DNA of 63,349 nucleotides, filler included, from an uncultured bacterium (GTDB lineage Bacteria; CAYSBA01): NCBI GenBank assembly GCA_964429075.1. It is 22 parts of 22 records of this genome, joined end to end, with 100 filler letters (N's around TTAATTAATTAA, not from the genome) between each part and the next. Parts side by side here need not be neighbours in the genome. Positions count along the whole stretch, not along the records: positions 60,708 to 63,349 come from CAYSBA010000264.1; 21 more parts are not named here. One strand, 5' to 3'. Shown piece by piece: positions 62,905 to 63,349 of this stretch (position 1 is its first letter; each line of letters starts with the position of its first letter). The notes under the pieces were generated by a model. It saw only the letters and a program-made list of their open reading frames with translations, ran no database searches and was not told where the DNA came from. The position numbers and the translations under genes were made by a program.

Positions 62905-63349
62905 ATGGACAAAAGGTCTCTTAAGATATTGCTTTTTGCATCTTTATCCTTGTTAACTCTATTTGTCTTATCTATTTTTATTGGTCCATCTGGCTCATCT
63001 ATACTCGATCCTGCTATAATGAGGGTCATCCTGTATCTACGACTTCCAAGAACCCTTCTTGCGCTTTTTGCTGGTGCATATTTAGCACTCTCTGGTAGTG
63101 TTTATCAGGCCATCTTAATGAATCCACTTGCATCTCCATATACAGTTGGTGTCGCAGGAGGTGCGGCCTTCGGTGCAATCATATCTGCCTGGCTGGGAAT
63201 ATCTGTTTTCTTTCATTTTATCGTTGTCTTTCTTATGGGGCTTGTTGTGTCTTCTTCTGTGATTGTAATCTGGAGGAAATTCGGCCAGGGAGCACCAAAC
63301 ACCTTTATTCTCGCAGGTGTAATGGCAGCCTTTTTCTTCTCATCATGTA
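62905..63349 (+). CDS. Iron-chelate/cobalamin ABC permease (BtuC/FecCD), runs off window
   Basis: LRLPR.LLA...GA.LALSG.VYQA.L.NPLASPYTVGVAGGA. Confidence 0.9.
   Translation, partial: MDKRSLKILLFASLSLLTLFVLSIFIGPSGSSILDPAIMRVILYLRLPRTLLALFAGAYLALSGSVYQAILMNPLASPYTVGVAGGAAFGAIISAWLGISVFFHFIVVFLMGLVVSSSVIVIWRKFGQGAPNTFILAGVMAAFFFSSC

Noticed and set aside
1..63349. Apparent gene clusters spanning linkers (e.g. WecG-like gene next to pilC, rnpB next to lpxD)
   Set aside because: Contigs are ordered by length, so adjacency across linkers carries no information

Overview
This is not a continuous locus. It is a pseudo-scaffold of 22 short contigs (about 2.9 to 2.65 kb, in decreasing length order) joined by 100-nt N44-TTAATTAATTAA-N44 linkers, so gene neighbourhood only means something within a contig. 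The DNA is AT-rich and bacterial. Several genes look Myxococcota/deltaproteobacterial: Cys-rich lipoproteins, a MYXO-CTERM-like sorting tail, FHA-GGDEF, an FHA-GAF-sigma54 activator, a Ser/Thr kinase, PilC and an SgmX-like TPR protein. Others point to anaerobic-type catabolism: oah/bamA ring cleavage, kdd, hutU, a tryptophanase-like lyase and methylmalonyl-CoA mutase. RNA genes are tRNA-Ile2(CAT), a 5' tRNA fragment and a 3'-truncated RNase P RNA. The most notable items are: (1) the RNase HI reading frame runs about 83 nt into the RNase P RNA gene; (2) a >960-aa Cys-rich lipoprotein ending in a long helical hairpin resembling the Tc-toxin TcA channel; (3) a candidate structured leader plus terminator between tRNA-Ile2 and the zinc-ribbon/rnhA/rnpB genes; (4) a PLD-SNF2 defence-type helicase; (5) a sigma54-driven pair of beta-propeller lipoproteins; (6) a GH5 pseudogene with several lesions; and (7) IS-end remnants. 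No CRISPR array or rRNA was seen. All family calls come from recognising motifs by eye; no searches were run.
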